A model generated the notes under the pieces. The model saw only the letters and a program-made list of their open reading frames with translations. It ran no database searches and had not been told where the DNA came from. A program made the position numbers and the translations under genes. Of a DNA stretch of 64,000 nucleotides, positions 1 through 8,945 are shown one piece after another. Each line of letters begins with the position of its first letter. Position 1 is the first letter of the stretch. Origin of the DNA: Candidatus Krumholzibacteriia bacterium (GTDB lineage Bacteria > Krumholzibacteriota > Krumholzibacteriia > JAJRXK01); assembly GCA_029932915.1 (NCBI GenBank), contig JAOZPE010000001.1, positions 32,222-96,221 of the forward strand. The letters run 5' to 3'.

Positions 1-1
1 G

Positions 2-1426
2 CCCCTGGCCATCCGCCTGGCCCGCGACGCCCGGCGCATGGCCTCGAAGGTGTTGATGCCCCTGGCCTTCGCCTCGCTGCTGGGCGGATTGATCACCGTC
101 ATCGGGACGCCGCCGAACATCCTGGTGGCCCAGCTCCGGGCCGAACACATGGGCGAGCCCTTCCACTTCTTCGACTTCACCCCGGTGGGGCTGGGATTGA
201 CCCTGGTGGGACTGATCTTCCTCTCACTGATCGGATGGCGGCTCCTGCCGGCCCGCCGTGGGGCGGCGTCCACGCACGATTTCTACCGCATCGGCAGCTA
301 CTTCGCCGAGGTGGTGGTGCCCGTCGGCGGGGAACTGGTCGGCCATCCCCTGGCGTCCTTCTCGAAGCTGGGCGTCGATGTGAACGTGGTGGGTCTGATC
401 CGCAAGGGGAAGAAGATCCTCACCCCGCCGCCGGAGGAGATCCTCCAGGGCGGGGACGCGCTGCTGGTGGAGGCCACCAGTGAGGAGCTGCGCAAGCTCT
501 TGAAGACGGCCGGGCTGCAACTGGGTTCGGACCGGCGCATCGCCGAGAACGAACTGGGTTCGGGAGAGATCCTCCTGCAGGAGGTCGTGGTTACCCAGAG
601 TTCGCCCCTGGTGGGGCGCACCGCCCGCAGCATGGCCCTGCGCAGCCGCATGGGCCTGAACGTGCTGGCCATCCATCGCTCGGGCGAGAGCATCGTGCAC
701 CGTCTGCGCGAGACCCGCTTCGCCCCAGGTGACGTGCTGCTGGTGCAGGCGCGGGCCGAGGAATGGGGCGAATCGCTGCACGATCTGCGCCTGCTGCCCC
801 TGCGCGAGCGGGACATCGAGCTGGTGTCGACGCCGCGGGCCCTGAAGTGCCTGCTGATCTTCGCTGGGGCGGTGGTGGCCATCGCCACCGGGGTCTTGTC
901 CCTGGGAGTGGCCTTCACCAGCGCCGCGGTGCTGATGATCCTCACCGGGGTGCTGTCGCTGAAGGAGGCCTACAACGCGGTCGACTGGCCGGTGATCATC
1001 CTGCTGGGGGCGACCCTCCCGCTGGGGTGGGCCCTGGAGAGTACCGGTGGGGCCCAGACCATCGCCAACCTGCTCATGAACTTCGAACCCTCCGCTCCGG
1101 GCTACATGCTGGTGGGGACGGTGCTCCTGGTGACCATGCTGCTCTCCAATCTCATCAACAACGCGGCCACGGCGGTCATCATGGCACCCATCGCCTACCG
1201 CTTCGCCCTGGAGATCGGGGCCAATCCGGACACCTTCTTCATGGCCGTCGCCGTCGGGGCGTCGAGCGCCTTCCTCACCCCCATCGGCCACCAGTGCAAC
1301 CTGCTGGTGCTGGGCCCCGGTGGCTACCGCTTCTCCGACTACTCGCGGGTGGGCATCCCTCTGTCCATTCTGACCATCCTGGCCGCGATTCCGCTCATCC
1401 TGTGGGTCTGGCCCCTGCACGGCTGA
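2..1426 (+). CDS. SLC13/CitMHS-family permease with two TrkA-C (RCK-C) domains, 5'-truncated by the window edge
   Basis: Frame is open from base 2. IGTPPN and TPIGHQCN motifs, hydrophobic helices, and two RCK-C-like soluble repeats (SPLVGRT..., GDVLLV). Confidence 0.9.
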   Translation, partial: PLAIRLARDARRMASKVLMPLAFASLLGGLITVIGTPPNILVAQLRAEHMGEPFHFFDFTPVGLGLTLVGLIFLSLIGWRLLPARRGAASTHDFYRIGSYFAEVVVPVGGELVGHPLASFSKLGVDVNVVGLIRKGKKILTPPPEEILQGGDALLVEATSEELRKLLKTAGLQLGSDRRIAENELGSGEILLQEVVVTQSSPLVGRTARSMALRSRMGLNVLAIHRSGESIVHRLRETRFAPGDVLLVQARAEEWGESLHDLRLLPLRERDIELVSTPRALKCLLIFAGAVVAIATGVLSLGVAFTSAAVLMILTGVLSLKEAYNAVDWPVIILLGATLPLGWALESTGGAQTIANLLMNFEPSAPGYMLVGTVLLVTMLLSNLINNAATAVIMAPIAYRFALEIGANPDTFFMAVAVGASSAFLTPIGHQCNLLVLGPGGYRFSDYSRVGIPLSILTILAAIPLILWVWPLHG

Positions 1427-1519
1427 TGGCGGCGCCGGTGGTTTTCGCCCGGGCGCCTTTGGGGCTATCTTGTGGGCTCATTTCATGGAACGCACCTTCT
1501 GTCGCCCTGTGGGGATGTC

Positions 1520-4027
1520 ATGCGTGAATTGCTGTCGTTCATCGAGAGAAGTGTGAGGATCCCAGGCGGCCTCGGGGCTCCCATCCGGCCGGCCGGGAGC
1601 CGATGCGGCCACGGTCGGTTCCGTCCGGGGGCAGGGCCGGCTTTGGTCCTGTTCGTGGTGGCCGCTGCCCTGCTTGCGGCAGCTGGCCAGGGTCTCCAGC
1701 TGGGATGGATGGGGCTTGGCCCCGCTCTGGCCGCGCCTCCGGCGGGCGGACTCGACGAGTTGCCCTTCGAGGCGCCCGGGGACGCCGCCGATGCGGTCAC
1801 CGCCGAACTGGTGGCCGAGAGCCGGACCATCGTCCCCGGCCAGACCCTTCAGCTGGGCGTCCATCTGGAGATGAAGCCGGGCTGGCACACCTACTGGCAG
1901 AACGGCGGCGACGCCGGGCTGCCCACCACCATCCAGTGGGATCTGCCGGAGGGCTTCGTGGCCGGGCCGATCGAGTGGCCGGTGCCGCACCGCTACGTCG
2001 AGAGCGGGGACATCGTCACCTATGGCTACGCCGACGAGGTGACCCTGCTCGTGGCGATGAATGTCCCGGCCGACGTGGAGGTGGGCGAGGCGATCACCCT
2101 GAAGGCCCAGGTCGAATGGCTGCAGTGCAAGTCGCTGTGTGTGCCCGGTGAGGCCACCGTCTCCCTGCGTCTGCCGGTGGCCCGCCACAGCGAGCTCGAT
2201 CCGGCCGCCGCGCCCCTCTTCGCCGCGGCGCGGGAACACCTGCCCCGGCCGGTCAGCGACTACGAGGGCCTGCACCTCGATTCGTTCCTGAGCCTGAATG
2301 CGGTGCCTCCCGGACAGGGCGCGCACGTGGCTTTCATCATCGACGGTCTGTCCCTGAGCGGGAAGGCCACCCTCACCTGGTTCCCCGAACTGCACCCGCC
2401 GGTGAGCGTCGGCGAAGCCCTGATCGACCGGACCAACGGCACGCTGCGGGTGGTGGCGCCGCTGGAAGTGGGAGCGGAGGCCGAGGCGGCCAGCGAAGCC
2501 ACGATGGCCGCGGTGTTGAAGATCGTCGATGGATCGCGGCACTGGTATCTGCGCCTGACCGAGGTGGTGCCCATCGCCCGGCCCGATCAGCAGTTGCGGG
2601 CCCAACACGAGGAACTGTTCGGGGCCATCCTGGAGGGCGCGGCCGTCTCCGGCGGAGGCAGCGGAGCACCGGGAGCTGGTGGAGAGGGTGGTGGAACGGC
2701 CGGCCCGGGCGTCTCCGGGGGCGGCGCAGGAGGTACAGGCGCCGCAAATGCTTTCGCTCCGACCGGCTCGGTGTGGCGCTACCTGCTGCTGGCCCTCATC
2801 GGCGGGGTGATCCTGAACATCATGCCCTGCGTCTTGCCGGTCTTGTCGTTGAAGGTGATGGGCTTCGTGAGCCACGCCGACCGCGACCGGGCGACGGTCT
2901 TCAAACTGGGTCTGATGTTCGCGGCCGGGGTGCTGGCCAGCTTCTTGACCCTGGCCCTGGTGGTCGTGGTCCTGCAACGCGCGGGCGCGCTGTTGGGCTG
3001 GGGCTTCCAGTTCCAGAATCCCACCTTCGTGGTGGTGATGATCGCCATCATCTTCGGCTTCGGGCTGAACCTCTTCGGACTCTTCGAGATCGTACCCCCG
3101 GTCGGCCGGCTGGGTCAGGGGGTGACGAACCACTACACCGAGCAGTTCTTCAACGGGGTGCTGGCGACCATCCTGGCCACCCCGTGCAGCGCGCCCTTTT
3201 TGGGGACGGCCCTGGGCTTCGCCTTCACCCAGCCGCCCTGGGTGATCGTGGCCATCTTCCTGACCATCGGCGCGGGTCTGGCCCTGCCCTACGTGCTCCT
3301 GTCCATCAATCCCTCGTGGCTGCGCTTCGTGCCCAAGCCGGGCCCGTGGATGGAGCGCTTCAAGCAGTTCATGGGATTCCTGCTGATGGCCACGGCGGTG
3401 TGGCTGCTGTGGGTGCTGGGACAGCAGCTCGGCGGCGACGGGGTGATCCAGGTGCTGTGGTTCGTCCTGGTGCTCTCACTGGTCCTGTGGATCCACGGGG
3501 CTTTCCTCGATCTGAGCGCATCGCGCAGGCGGCGTATCGTGGTGTGGACGGTGGGTGTGCTGTTGCTCGTGGGCGGATGGAAGTACTTCCTCGCCGGCAC
3601 CCTGTCGAGTGAGGGCCTGGCCCGGGCGGCCACACAGCGCGGCACGGTTGCCACCCAACATGAGGGCGGACGCGAGTGGGTGACGTTCACGCCGCAGAAG
3701 CTGGAGGCGACGGTGCGCGCGGGCAAGACCGTGTTCCTGGACTTCACCGCCGCGTGGTGTCTCACCTGCAAGGCCAACGAGAAGGCGGTGATCGACAGCG
3801 GTGAGGTGCAGTCGAAGTTCGACGAGCTGGGTGTGGTGACGATGGTGGGCGACTGGACCCAGCGGGATCCGGAAATCTCGAAGATGCTGCGCCGCTACGG
3901 GCGCAGCGGGGTGCCCTTCTACGCGGTGTTCCCCGCCGGCCGTCCGGACGATCCCATCGTCCTGCCCGAAGTCATCAACCGCTCGATGGTGGTGGATGCC
4001 CTGGAGAAGGCCGGGCCGAGCCGATGA
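1520..4027 (+). CDS. dsbD: Thiol:disulfide interchange protein DsbD (N-terminal Ig domain, TM domain, C-terminal thioredoxin)
   Basis: GWHTYWQNGGDAG, CKSLC, MPCVLP, TPCSAP and WCLTC motifs. ATG 1520 follows a GGGGA RBS; the start is uncertain. Confidence 0.9.
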   Translation: MRELLSFIERSVRIPGGLGAPIRPAGSRCGHGRFRPGAGPALVLFVVAAALLAAAGQGLQLGWMGLGPALAAPPAGGLDELPFEAPGDAADAVTAELVAESRTIVPGQTLQLGVHLEMKPGWHTYWQNGGDAGLPTTIQWDLPEGFVAGPIEWPVPHRYVESGDIVTYGYADEVTLLVAMNVPADVEVGEAITLKAQVEWLQCKSLCVPGEATVSLRLPVARHSELDPAAAPLFAAAREHLPRPVSDYEGLHLDSFLSLNAVPPGQGAHVAFIIDGLSLSGKATLTWFPELHPPVSVGEALIDRTNGTLRVVAPLEVGAEAEAASEATMAAVLKIVDGSRHWYLRLTEVVPIARPDQQLRAQHEELFGAILEGAAVSGGGSGAPGAGGEGGGTAGPGVSGGGAGGTGAANAFAPTGSVWRYLLLALIGGVILNIMPCVLPVLSLKVMGFVSHADRDRATVFKLGLMFAAGVLASFLTLALVVVVLQRAGALLGWGFQFQNPTFVVVMIAIIFGFGLNLFGLFEIVPPVGRLGQGVTNHYTEQFFNGVLATILATPCSAPFLGTALGFAFTQPPWVIVAIFLTIGAGLALPYVLLSINPSWLRFVPKPGPWMERFKQFMGFLLMATAVWLLWVLGQQLGGDGVIQVLWFVLVLSLVLWIHGAFLDLSASRRRRIVVWTVGVLLLVGGWKYFLAGTLSSEGLARAATQRGTVATQHEGGREWVTFTPQKLEATVRAGKTVFLDFTAAWCLTCKANEKAVIDSGEVQSKFDELGVVTMVGDWTQRDPEISKMLRRYGRSGVPFYAVFPAGRPDDPIVLPEVINRSMVVDALEKAGPSR

Positions 4028-4791
4028 AGACGCCGGATGATCTGCAGGGCGAGATCGTCTTCTGGGACGAGCGGGCGGTCGACGAGCAGTACCGCGCGCA
4101 GATGGAGATCCCCCCTTCGCAGTACATCGACCAGGAGGTGTGGCTGGCCGAGTGGAAGAAGCTGCTGCCCGACCTTCATGGCAAGCGCGTCCTCGACTGC
4201 GGCAGCGGGATGGGGGCCATCGCCGCCTGGTGCGCACAGCAGGGGGCCGAGGTGGTGGGCTTCGACATCGCCCAGGGCATGGCGCGCCTGGCGGTCGAGT
4301 ACGCGCGCCGGCACCGCTGCCGGGTGGAGATGATCGCCTCGACCTTCGAGGAACTGCCCTTGGCCGATGCTAGCATCGACGTGGCCGTCGGCCAGTACAT
4401 CCTGCACCACACCGACGTCGACCGCTCGGTCGACGAACTCAAAAGGGTGGTCAAACCCGGCGGGATGGCACTCTTCGTGGAGAACATGGCGCTCAATCCC
4501 CTCATCCGCCGTTACGTCACCTCCTCGCTGTTCGAGGAGGGCGTGCTGCGCGAAGGCTCGCCGGAGGAGTGCCCCATCCTGCCGGAGAAGGTCGAGCACA
4601 TGCGCCGGGTGTGCCGCTCCGTTCAATTGCACTGGCCCAGCTTCGTCTTCTTCGAGATCCTCTTCGACCGGCTGCCGCTGGTGCCGAGGCGTTGGGGGCA
4701 GGCGTTGGACGATCTTCTGTATCCCCTGTTGAAGGGGCATCCGAAACTGTTGAAGAACAGCTATTTCGCGGTGGTGGAGATGAGGTTCTAG
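4024..4791 (+). CDS. Class I SAM-dependent methyltransferase
   Basis: VLDCGSGMG motif I and LKRVVKPGG. ATGA overlap with dsbD. Confidence 0.85.
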   Translation: MKTPDDLQGEIVFWDERAVDEQYRAQMEIPPSQYIDQEVWLAEWKKLLPDLHGKRVLDCGSGMGAIAAWCAQQGAEVVGFDIAQGMARLAVEYARRHRCRVEMIASTFEELPLADASIDVAVGQYILHHTDVDRSVDELKRVVKPGGMALFVENMALNPLIRRYVTSSLFEEGVLREGSPEECPILPEKVEHMRRVCRSVQLHWPSFVFFEILFDRLPLVPRRWGQALDDLLYPLLKGHPKLLKNSYFAVVEMRF

Positions 4792-4857
4792 GGCGCTTGT
4801 CGCAGACACGCGGGCTTGACACGGTGTGATCCACAGAACAGTCCATGGCAGCTTCTG

Positions 4858-4880
4858 CAAAACACGAGTATATTGTTTTG
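4858..4880 (+). promoter_or_regulatory. Inverted repeat CAAAACA-N9-TGTTTTG overlapping a TATATT -10-like hexamer (candidate operator)
   Basis: Perfect 7-bp inverted repeat in an AT-rich patch upstream of the vWA gene. TATATT at 4869-4874. Confidence 0.45.
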
Positions 4881-4921
4881 TCCATTTTTTTGTCTCTTTT
4901 CGTCGATAAAGGAGATATGCC

Positions 4922-5584
4922 ATGCAATTCGATTCCACCCACATCACCGTCATTCTCGATCGCAGCGGATCGATGCACTCCATCCGCAATGATGTCATCG
5001 GCGGATTCAATTCCTTTCTGCAGGAGCAGAAGACCGAAGCGGACAGCGCGACGCTCACCCTGGTTCAGTTCGATTCGGTGAATCCGTACGAGCTTGTCCA
5101 CAACGAGCTTCCCCTCGATGAGGTTCCCGATCTCACCCGCCGAAGCTATGTCCCGCGCGGTACCACGCCGCTTCTCGACGCCCTGGGCCGGGGAATCCAT
5201 GAGGTCGAAGCTCGTCGGAACGAACGGGCCGGTCGGCAGAGCCCTGCGAAGGAGGTCTTTGCGGTCATCACCGATGGTCGCGAGAACGCGAGCCGGGAGT
5301 ACCGCAGGGCCCAGGTGGAGGAGATGGTGAAGGAGAAGACGGAGAAGGACGGTTGGCAGTTCGTCTTTCTCAGTGCAGACCTTTCCTCCATCAGAGATGC
5401 CCTGTCGGTGGGAATCGAAGCCGACGCCATCCTGCTCTTCAAGAAGAGCCACGAGGGAACCCACCATGCGTGGAGAACCCTCTCCGCCCACACATCGCGA
5501 TTCAGGAGGGGAGGAGTCGGCAGGGTCGCTTTCGATCCGCAGGACCGCTTGCACCCGGATGATCCGATGAGGAAACATCGATGA
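4922..5584 (+). CDS. von Willebrand factor A (vWA) domain protein
   Basis: MIDAS motif ILDRSGSM, plus TPLLDA and ITDG. AAGGAG RBS. Confidence 0.88.
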   Translation: MQFDSTHITVILDRSGSMHSIRNDVIGGFNSFLQEQKTEADSATLTLVQFDSVNPYELVHNELPLDEVPDLTRRSYVPRGTTPLLDALGRGIHEVEARRNERAGRQSPAKEVFAVITDGRENASREYRRAQVEEMVKEKTEKDGWQFVFLSADLSSIRDALSVGIEADAILLFKKSHEGTHHAWRTLSAHTSRFRRGGVGRVAFDPQDRLHPDDPMRKHR

Positions 5585-5609
5585 TACCCGGTCGAGTGAG
5601 CTGATGGTG

Positions 5610-6119
5610 CTATTCCGCTCTTCCCTGCGGATAGCCCGGGTGTAGATCCTCTCTTCGGCGCCGCCGGATCGCCGCGACCCGACGCGCCGCTCTCGTGGAG
5701 AGCAACCGGGGGTCGGCTTCGATCCCCAGCCGACACAGGTCGAGCCGGTCGGCATCCCACAGGCAAGCCGCCAGCGGATCGTCGGTGGTCCTTCCGTCGG
5801 CATGACGGGCGATGGCTTCGCACAGGCGAGGCGCGTCGAGATGGGGATAGAAGGTCTTCAAGAGTCTTCGGGCCAGGACGGCCGAGTCATGGGCGTGGCG
5901 GTTTCCGCCCCCGTCATGGACGCGCGCGCAGTCGTGGAGGAAGCCGGCCACGACGGCTGATTCGACGTCGCAGCCCACGAGAACGGCGAGACGGCCCGCG
6001 GTGAGGGCGACCTGTCGCAGGTGGGGCATGCCATGGATGTCCAGTTCCTCGCAGCTGCAGAACGGCCCGCACCGCGTCTCCACCTCACGGACCATGGCCT
6101 CGATTTCACGCTTGTCCAT
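5610..6119 (-). CDS. HD-domain metal-dependent phosphohydrolase
   Basis: HG..H, LHD, H and DADRLD motif order. Confidence 0.85.
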   Translation of the reverse strand: MDKREIEAMVREVETRCGPFCSCEELDIHGMPHLRQVALTAGRLAVLVGCDVESAVVAGFLHDCARVHDGGGNRHAHDSAVLARRLLKTFYPHLDAPRLCEAIARHADGRTTDDPLAACLWDADRLDLCRLGIEADPRLLSTRAARRVAAIRRRRREDLHPGYPQGRAE

Positions 6120-6181
6120 CGTTCCCTTCCCGGCTCATGATGATCGCCAGGTTGTTCCGTATCCCATCAAGGAGCTCAAGC

Positions 6182-6916
6182 ATGAAGCAGCGTGTGTCCT
6201 ACCTGTTCCTCGCCGTGCTGGTGGTCCTCTTCGCCGGCTCCTCGGCGCGGGCCCAGTTTGCAAATACCCAGCCGTTGAACCAGGTGGAGCAGGCACCCGG
6301 CGAGGAGGGGGAACCCTATCTCTTCGGTCCCGTCGACCGCCAGGGATTTTCGATGATGCCCTTCGCCCAGTGGTTCCAGGAGAACTACGACGGCTACGAT
6401 CCCGATCCGAAGGTTCTCGAGAAACTCGAGCCGCTGGTGAAGGATTGCACGATCGAGGTCTTCATGGGCACCTGGTGCGGCGACAGCCAGCGGGAGATCC
6501 CCCGCCTGTACCGCATTCTCGATGGGGTCGGTTTCGAGGAACGATCCCTGAAGGTGTGTGCGATGGCCCCCTCCTCGGTCGATCCCCGAAGATGCCCGGA
6601 TCGACGGCAGGAGCAGCGGAACATCGTCCGCATCCCCACGATCATCGTCAGCCGCGAGGGGGAGGAACTCGGCCGCATCATCGAATACCCGGTGAAGACC
6701 CTGGAGGAAGATCTGCTGGCCATCGTGCGCGGCGACCCGTACCAGCCGAACTACGCGCTGCCATCGCAGATCCATCTCTACGTGCAGGAGCATGGCCTTG
6801 AGGCTCTGGAGGCGAATCGCGACAGTCTGGACCAGTGGTTTCAGTCGCAGGGTTTCTCCCACGACGAGGTCGCCGAGGCGGTGAGTCAGACGATCGCCCG
6901 TTACCGGAAGGAATAG
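6182..6916 (+). CDS. Exported thioredoxin-fold protein (WCGDS type)
   Basis: Signal peptide ending SARA-Q, GTWCGDS, RIPTII, ELGRIIEYP. AAGGAG RBS. Confidence 0.8.
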   Translation: MKQRVSYLFLAVLVVLFAGSSARAQFANTQPLNQVEQAPGEEGEPYLFGPVDRQGFSMMPFAQWFQENYDGYDPDPKVLEKLEPLVKDCTIEVFMGTWCGDSQREIPRLYRILDGVGFEERSLKVCAMAPSSVDPRRCPDRRQEQRNIVRIPTIIVSREGEELGRIIEYPVKTLEEDLLAIVRGDPYQPNYALPSQIHLYVQEHGLEALEANRDSLDQWFQSQGFSHDEVAEAVSQTIARYRKE

Positions 6917-6984
6917 AAGGCCTCTCCGCTGTTCTCAGCTCGATCGGCTTGTCACGGAACGTGTTGCCGTCGCTGACGTAGTTC

Positions 6985-7755
6985 TCAGCTCCCGCGCAGG
7001 TGCGCCAGGAGGATGCCCGCCGCCACGCCGACGTTGAGACTCTCGGTGGCCGGCGAAGCGTGTTCCCCGCGTGGAATCATCACCAGCTGGTCGCAGCGTT
7101 TGCGAGTGAGCTGACGCAGCCCGCTTCCCTCGGCGCCCAGCACCAACACGCAACGCAGGGGAGGGGCGAGCTGGCGGTAATCGACCGCCTCCTCAAGGCC
7201 CGCACCGACCACGAAGAAGTCTTCCTTCTGCAGGCGTTGCAGAGCGGTCGAGAGGTTGGATACCTCCACCACCGGGAAGAACTCGAGCGCGCCGGCCGAG
7301 GCCTTCGATGCCGCGGCCGAGAGCGGCGCGCTGTGGGCGCGCAGCACGAGCAGACCATGGGCCCCGAGAAAAGCAGCCGAGCGGGTGATGCTTCCCAGGT
7401 TCTGGGGGTCTTCCACCTGGTCGAGGGCGACGATGAGAGAAGGGGAGGGAAGCGGATCGACCGTATCGAGGAAGTCGTCGAGCGAGAGTACGGGAAGCTC
7501 ACCACACTCGAGAACCACTCCCTGATGATGACGGGTGTGTGCGAGCTGCCCCAGCTCGTGCGTGTTGCTCTCGACGATCTCGACTCCGGCCGTGCGCGCC
7601 AGTTGTACGATCTCCCGCAGCCGGGGCCCCGCCTTGCCTGCTTTCATGTGCAGACGTTGCAACGAACGCCGTCGACTGCGCAGGGCCTGGGCCACCGGTT
7701 CGATCCCATAGAGCAAGGGGCGATCTCCTGGAAGGGGGAGAATCGAGCATGACAC
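6985..7755 (-). CDS. rlmB: 23S rRNA 2'-O-methyltransferase RlmB (TrmH/SpoU family)
   Basis: HQGVV, DPQNLGSITR, KASAGA, GAEGSGLR, ESLNVGVA. Confidence 0.88.
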   Translation of the reverse strand: MSCSILPLPGDRPLLYGIEPVAQALRSRRRSLQRLHMKAGKAGPRLREIVQLARTAGVEIVESNTHELGQLAHTRHHQGVVLECGELPVLSLDDFLDTVDPLPSPSLIVALDQVEDPQNLGSITRSAAFLGAHGLLVLRAHSAPLSAAASKASAGALEFFPVVEVSNLSTALQRLQKEDFFVVGAGLEEAVDYRQLAPPLRCVLVLGAEGSGLRQLTRKRCDQLVMIPRGEHASPATESLNVGVAAGILLAHLRGS

Positions 7756-7827
7756 CGCCTCGCCCGGGGCGCAAGGGAAGCTCCCGCTTCAGGGAATGAG
7801 CGGAGCATCTCGACCGGAGAGGAATCC

Positions 7828-7856
7828 CTGACAGAACCCCGGCTCCGGGGTACACT
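7828..7856 (+). promoter_or_regulatory. sigma70-like promoter CTGACA-N17-TACACT with a palindrome ACCCCGG-CT-CCGGGGT in the spacer
   Basis: Hexamers at 7828-7833 and 7851-7856; inverted repeat at 7836-7851; lies upstream of the aldo/keto reductase. Confidence 0.55.
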
Positions 7857-7901
7857 TCATCCAGCCGACGCTGTTGACGCCATCTCCAAGGAGTGCACGC
7901 C

Positions 7902-8927
7902 ATGAGCTACCGCCTGCTGGGCCCGACCGGCCTGATGGTCCATCCCCTGTGCCTGGGCACCATGAATTTCGGCGACGAGGTGTGGGGATGCGATGAGAAG
8001 ACCAGCCTGCGCATCCTGGAGAGCTACGCCGAGCGCGGCGGCAACTTCATCGACACCGCCAACCGCTACAGCGCCGGGCGCAGCGAGGAGATCGTCGGGA
8101 AATTCCTGCGGGGGCGCCGCGACGAGATGGTCGTGGCCACCAAGTGCTTCTTTCCGGAGGGCAAGGGCCCCAATCGCATGGGCCTCACTCGCAAGAACAT
8201 CTTCGACCAGGTGGAGAACTCACTGCGGCGCTTGGGCACCGACTACATCGACCTCTATCAGGTGCACGTCTGGGACCCGCTGACCCCCATCGACGAGACC
8301 CTCTCGGCGTTGACCGACCTGGTGCACCAGGGCAAGGTGCGCTACCTGGGCAACTGCAACTTCACCGCCTGGCAGACCGTCCTCGCCGCCGAGCGCGCCG
8401 AATCGGAGGGCCTGGAGTCCTTCGTCTCCACCCAGGTGCAGTACAACCTGCTGTGCCGGGAGATCGAGGCCGAGGTCATTCCCGCCTGCGAGCCCTACGA
8501 GATGGGGATCCTCGCGTGGAGCCCGCTGGCCTTCGGTCTGCTCAGCGGCAAGTACAGCCGGGATGGCGGGCCCGAGGGCGCGCGGATGAGCGCTCCTCCT
8601 GACGACAGCGTCATGGCTCCCTGGCGCGAGCGCATCTGGACCGACCGCAACTTCCACATCGTCGAGGCGGTGAAGACCGCCGCAAACCGGCTGGAGATGC
8701 CTCCGGCTGCCCTGTCCACCAGTTGGGTCCTGCAGCAGGAGTCGATCACCAGCGCCATCATCGGCCCGCGCAGCGTCGAACAGTTGGACACCTACTGGGA
8801 AGCCGTCGATCGACCCGCACCCATCGACGTGCTCGAGGAACTCGACGAGGTGAGCGCTCCCGACGAAGGTTGCATCGCCTTCATGCAGCGCTCGATCACC
8901 GATCAACGGATGGAAGAGCTGGAATAG
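7902..8927 (+). CDS. Aldo/keto reductase
   Basis: LCLGTMNFG, FIDTANRY, LGTDYIDLYQVH, GKVRYLG, WSPLA. AAGGAG RBS. Confidence 0.93.
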   Translation: MSYRLLGPTGLMVHPLCLGTMNFGDEVWGCDEKTSLRILESYAERGGNFIDTANRYSAGRSEEIVGKFLRGRRDEMVVATKCFFPEGKGPNRMGLTRKNIFDQVENSLRRLGTDYIDLYQVHVWDPLTPIDETLSALTDLVHQGKVRYLGNCNFTAWQTVLAAERAESEGLESFVSTQVQYNLLCREIEAEVIPACEPYEMGILAWSPLAFGLLSGKYSRDGGPEGARMSAPPDDSVMAPWRERIWTDRNFHIVEAVKTAANRLEMPPAALSTSWVLQQESITSAIIGPRSVEQLDTYWEAVDRPAPIDVLEELDEVSAPDEGCIAFMQRSITDQRMEELE

Positions 8928-8945
8928 GCGCAGTCCTGGGGGGGT

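Noticed and set aside
2630-2750. Gly-rich stretch in DsbD as a separate repeat element
   Set aside because: It is an in-frame flexible linker between the periplasmic and TM domains.
4846-4859. sigma54-like TGGCAG..TGCA upstream of the vWA gene
   Set aside because: GG-to-GC spacing is 8.
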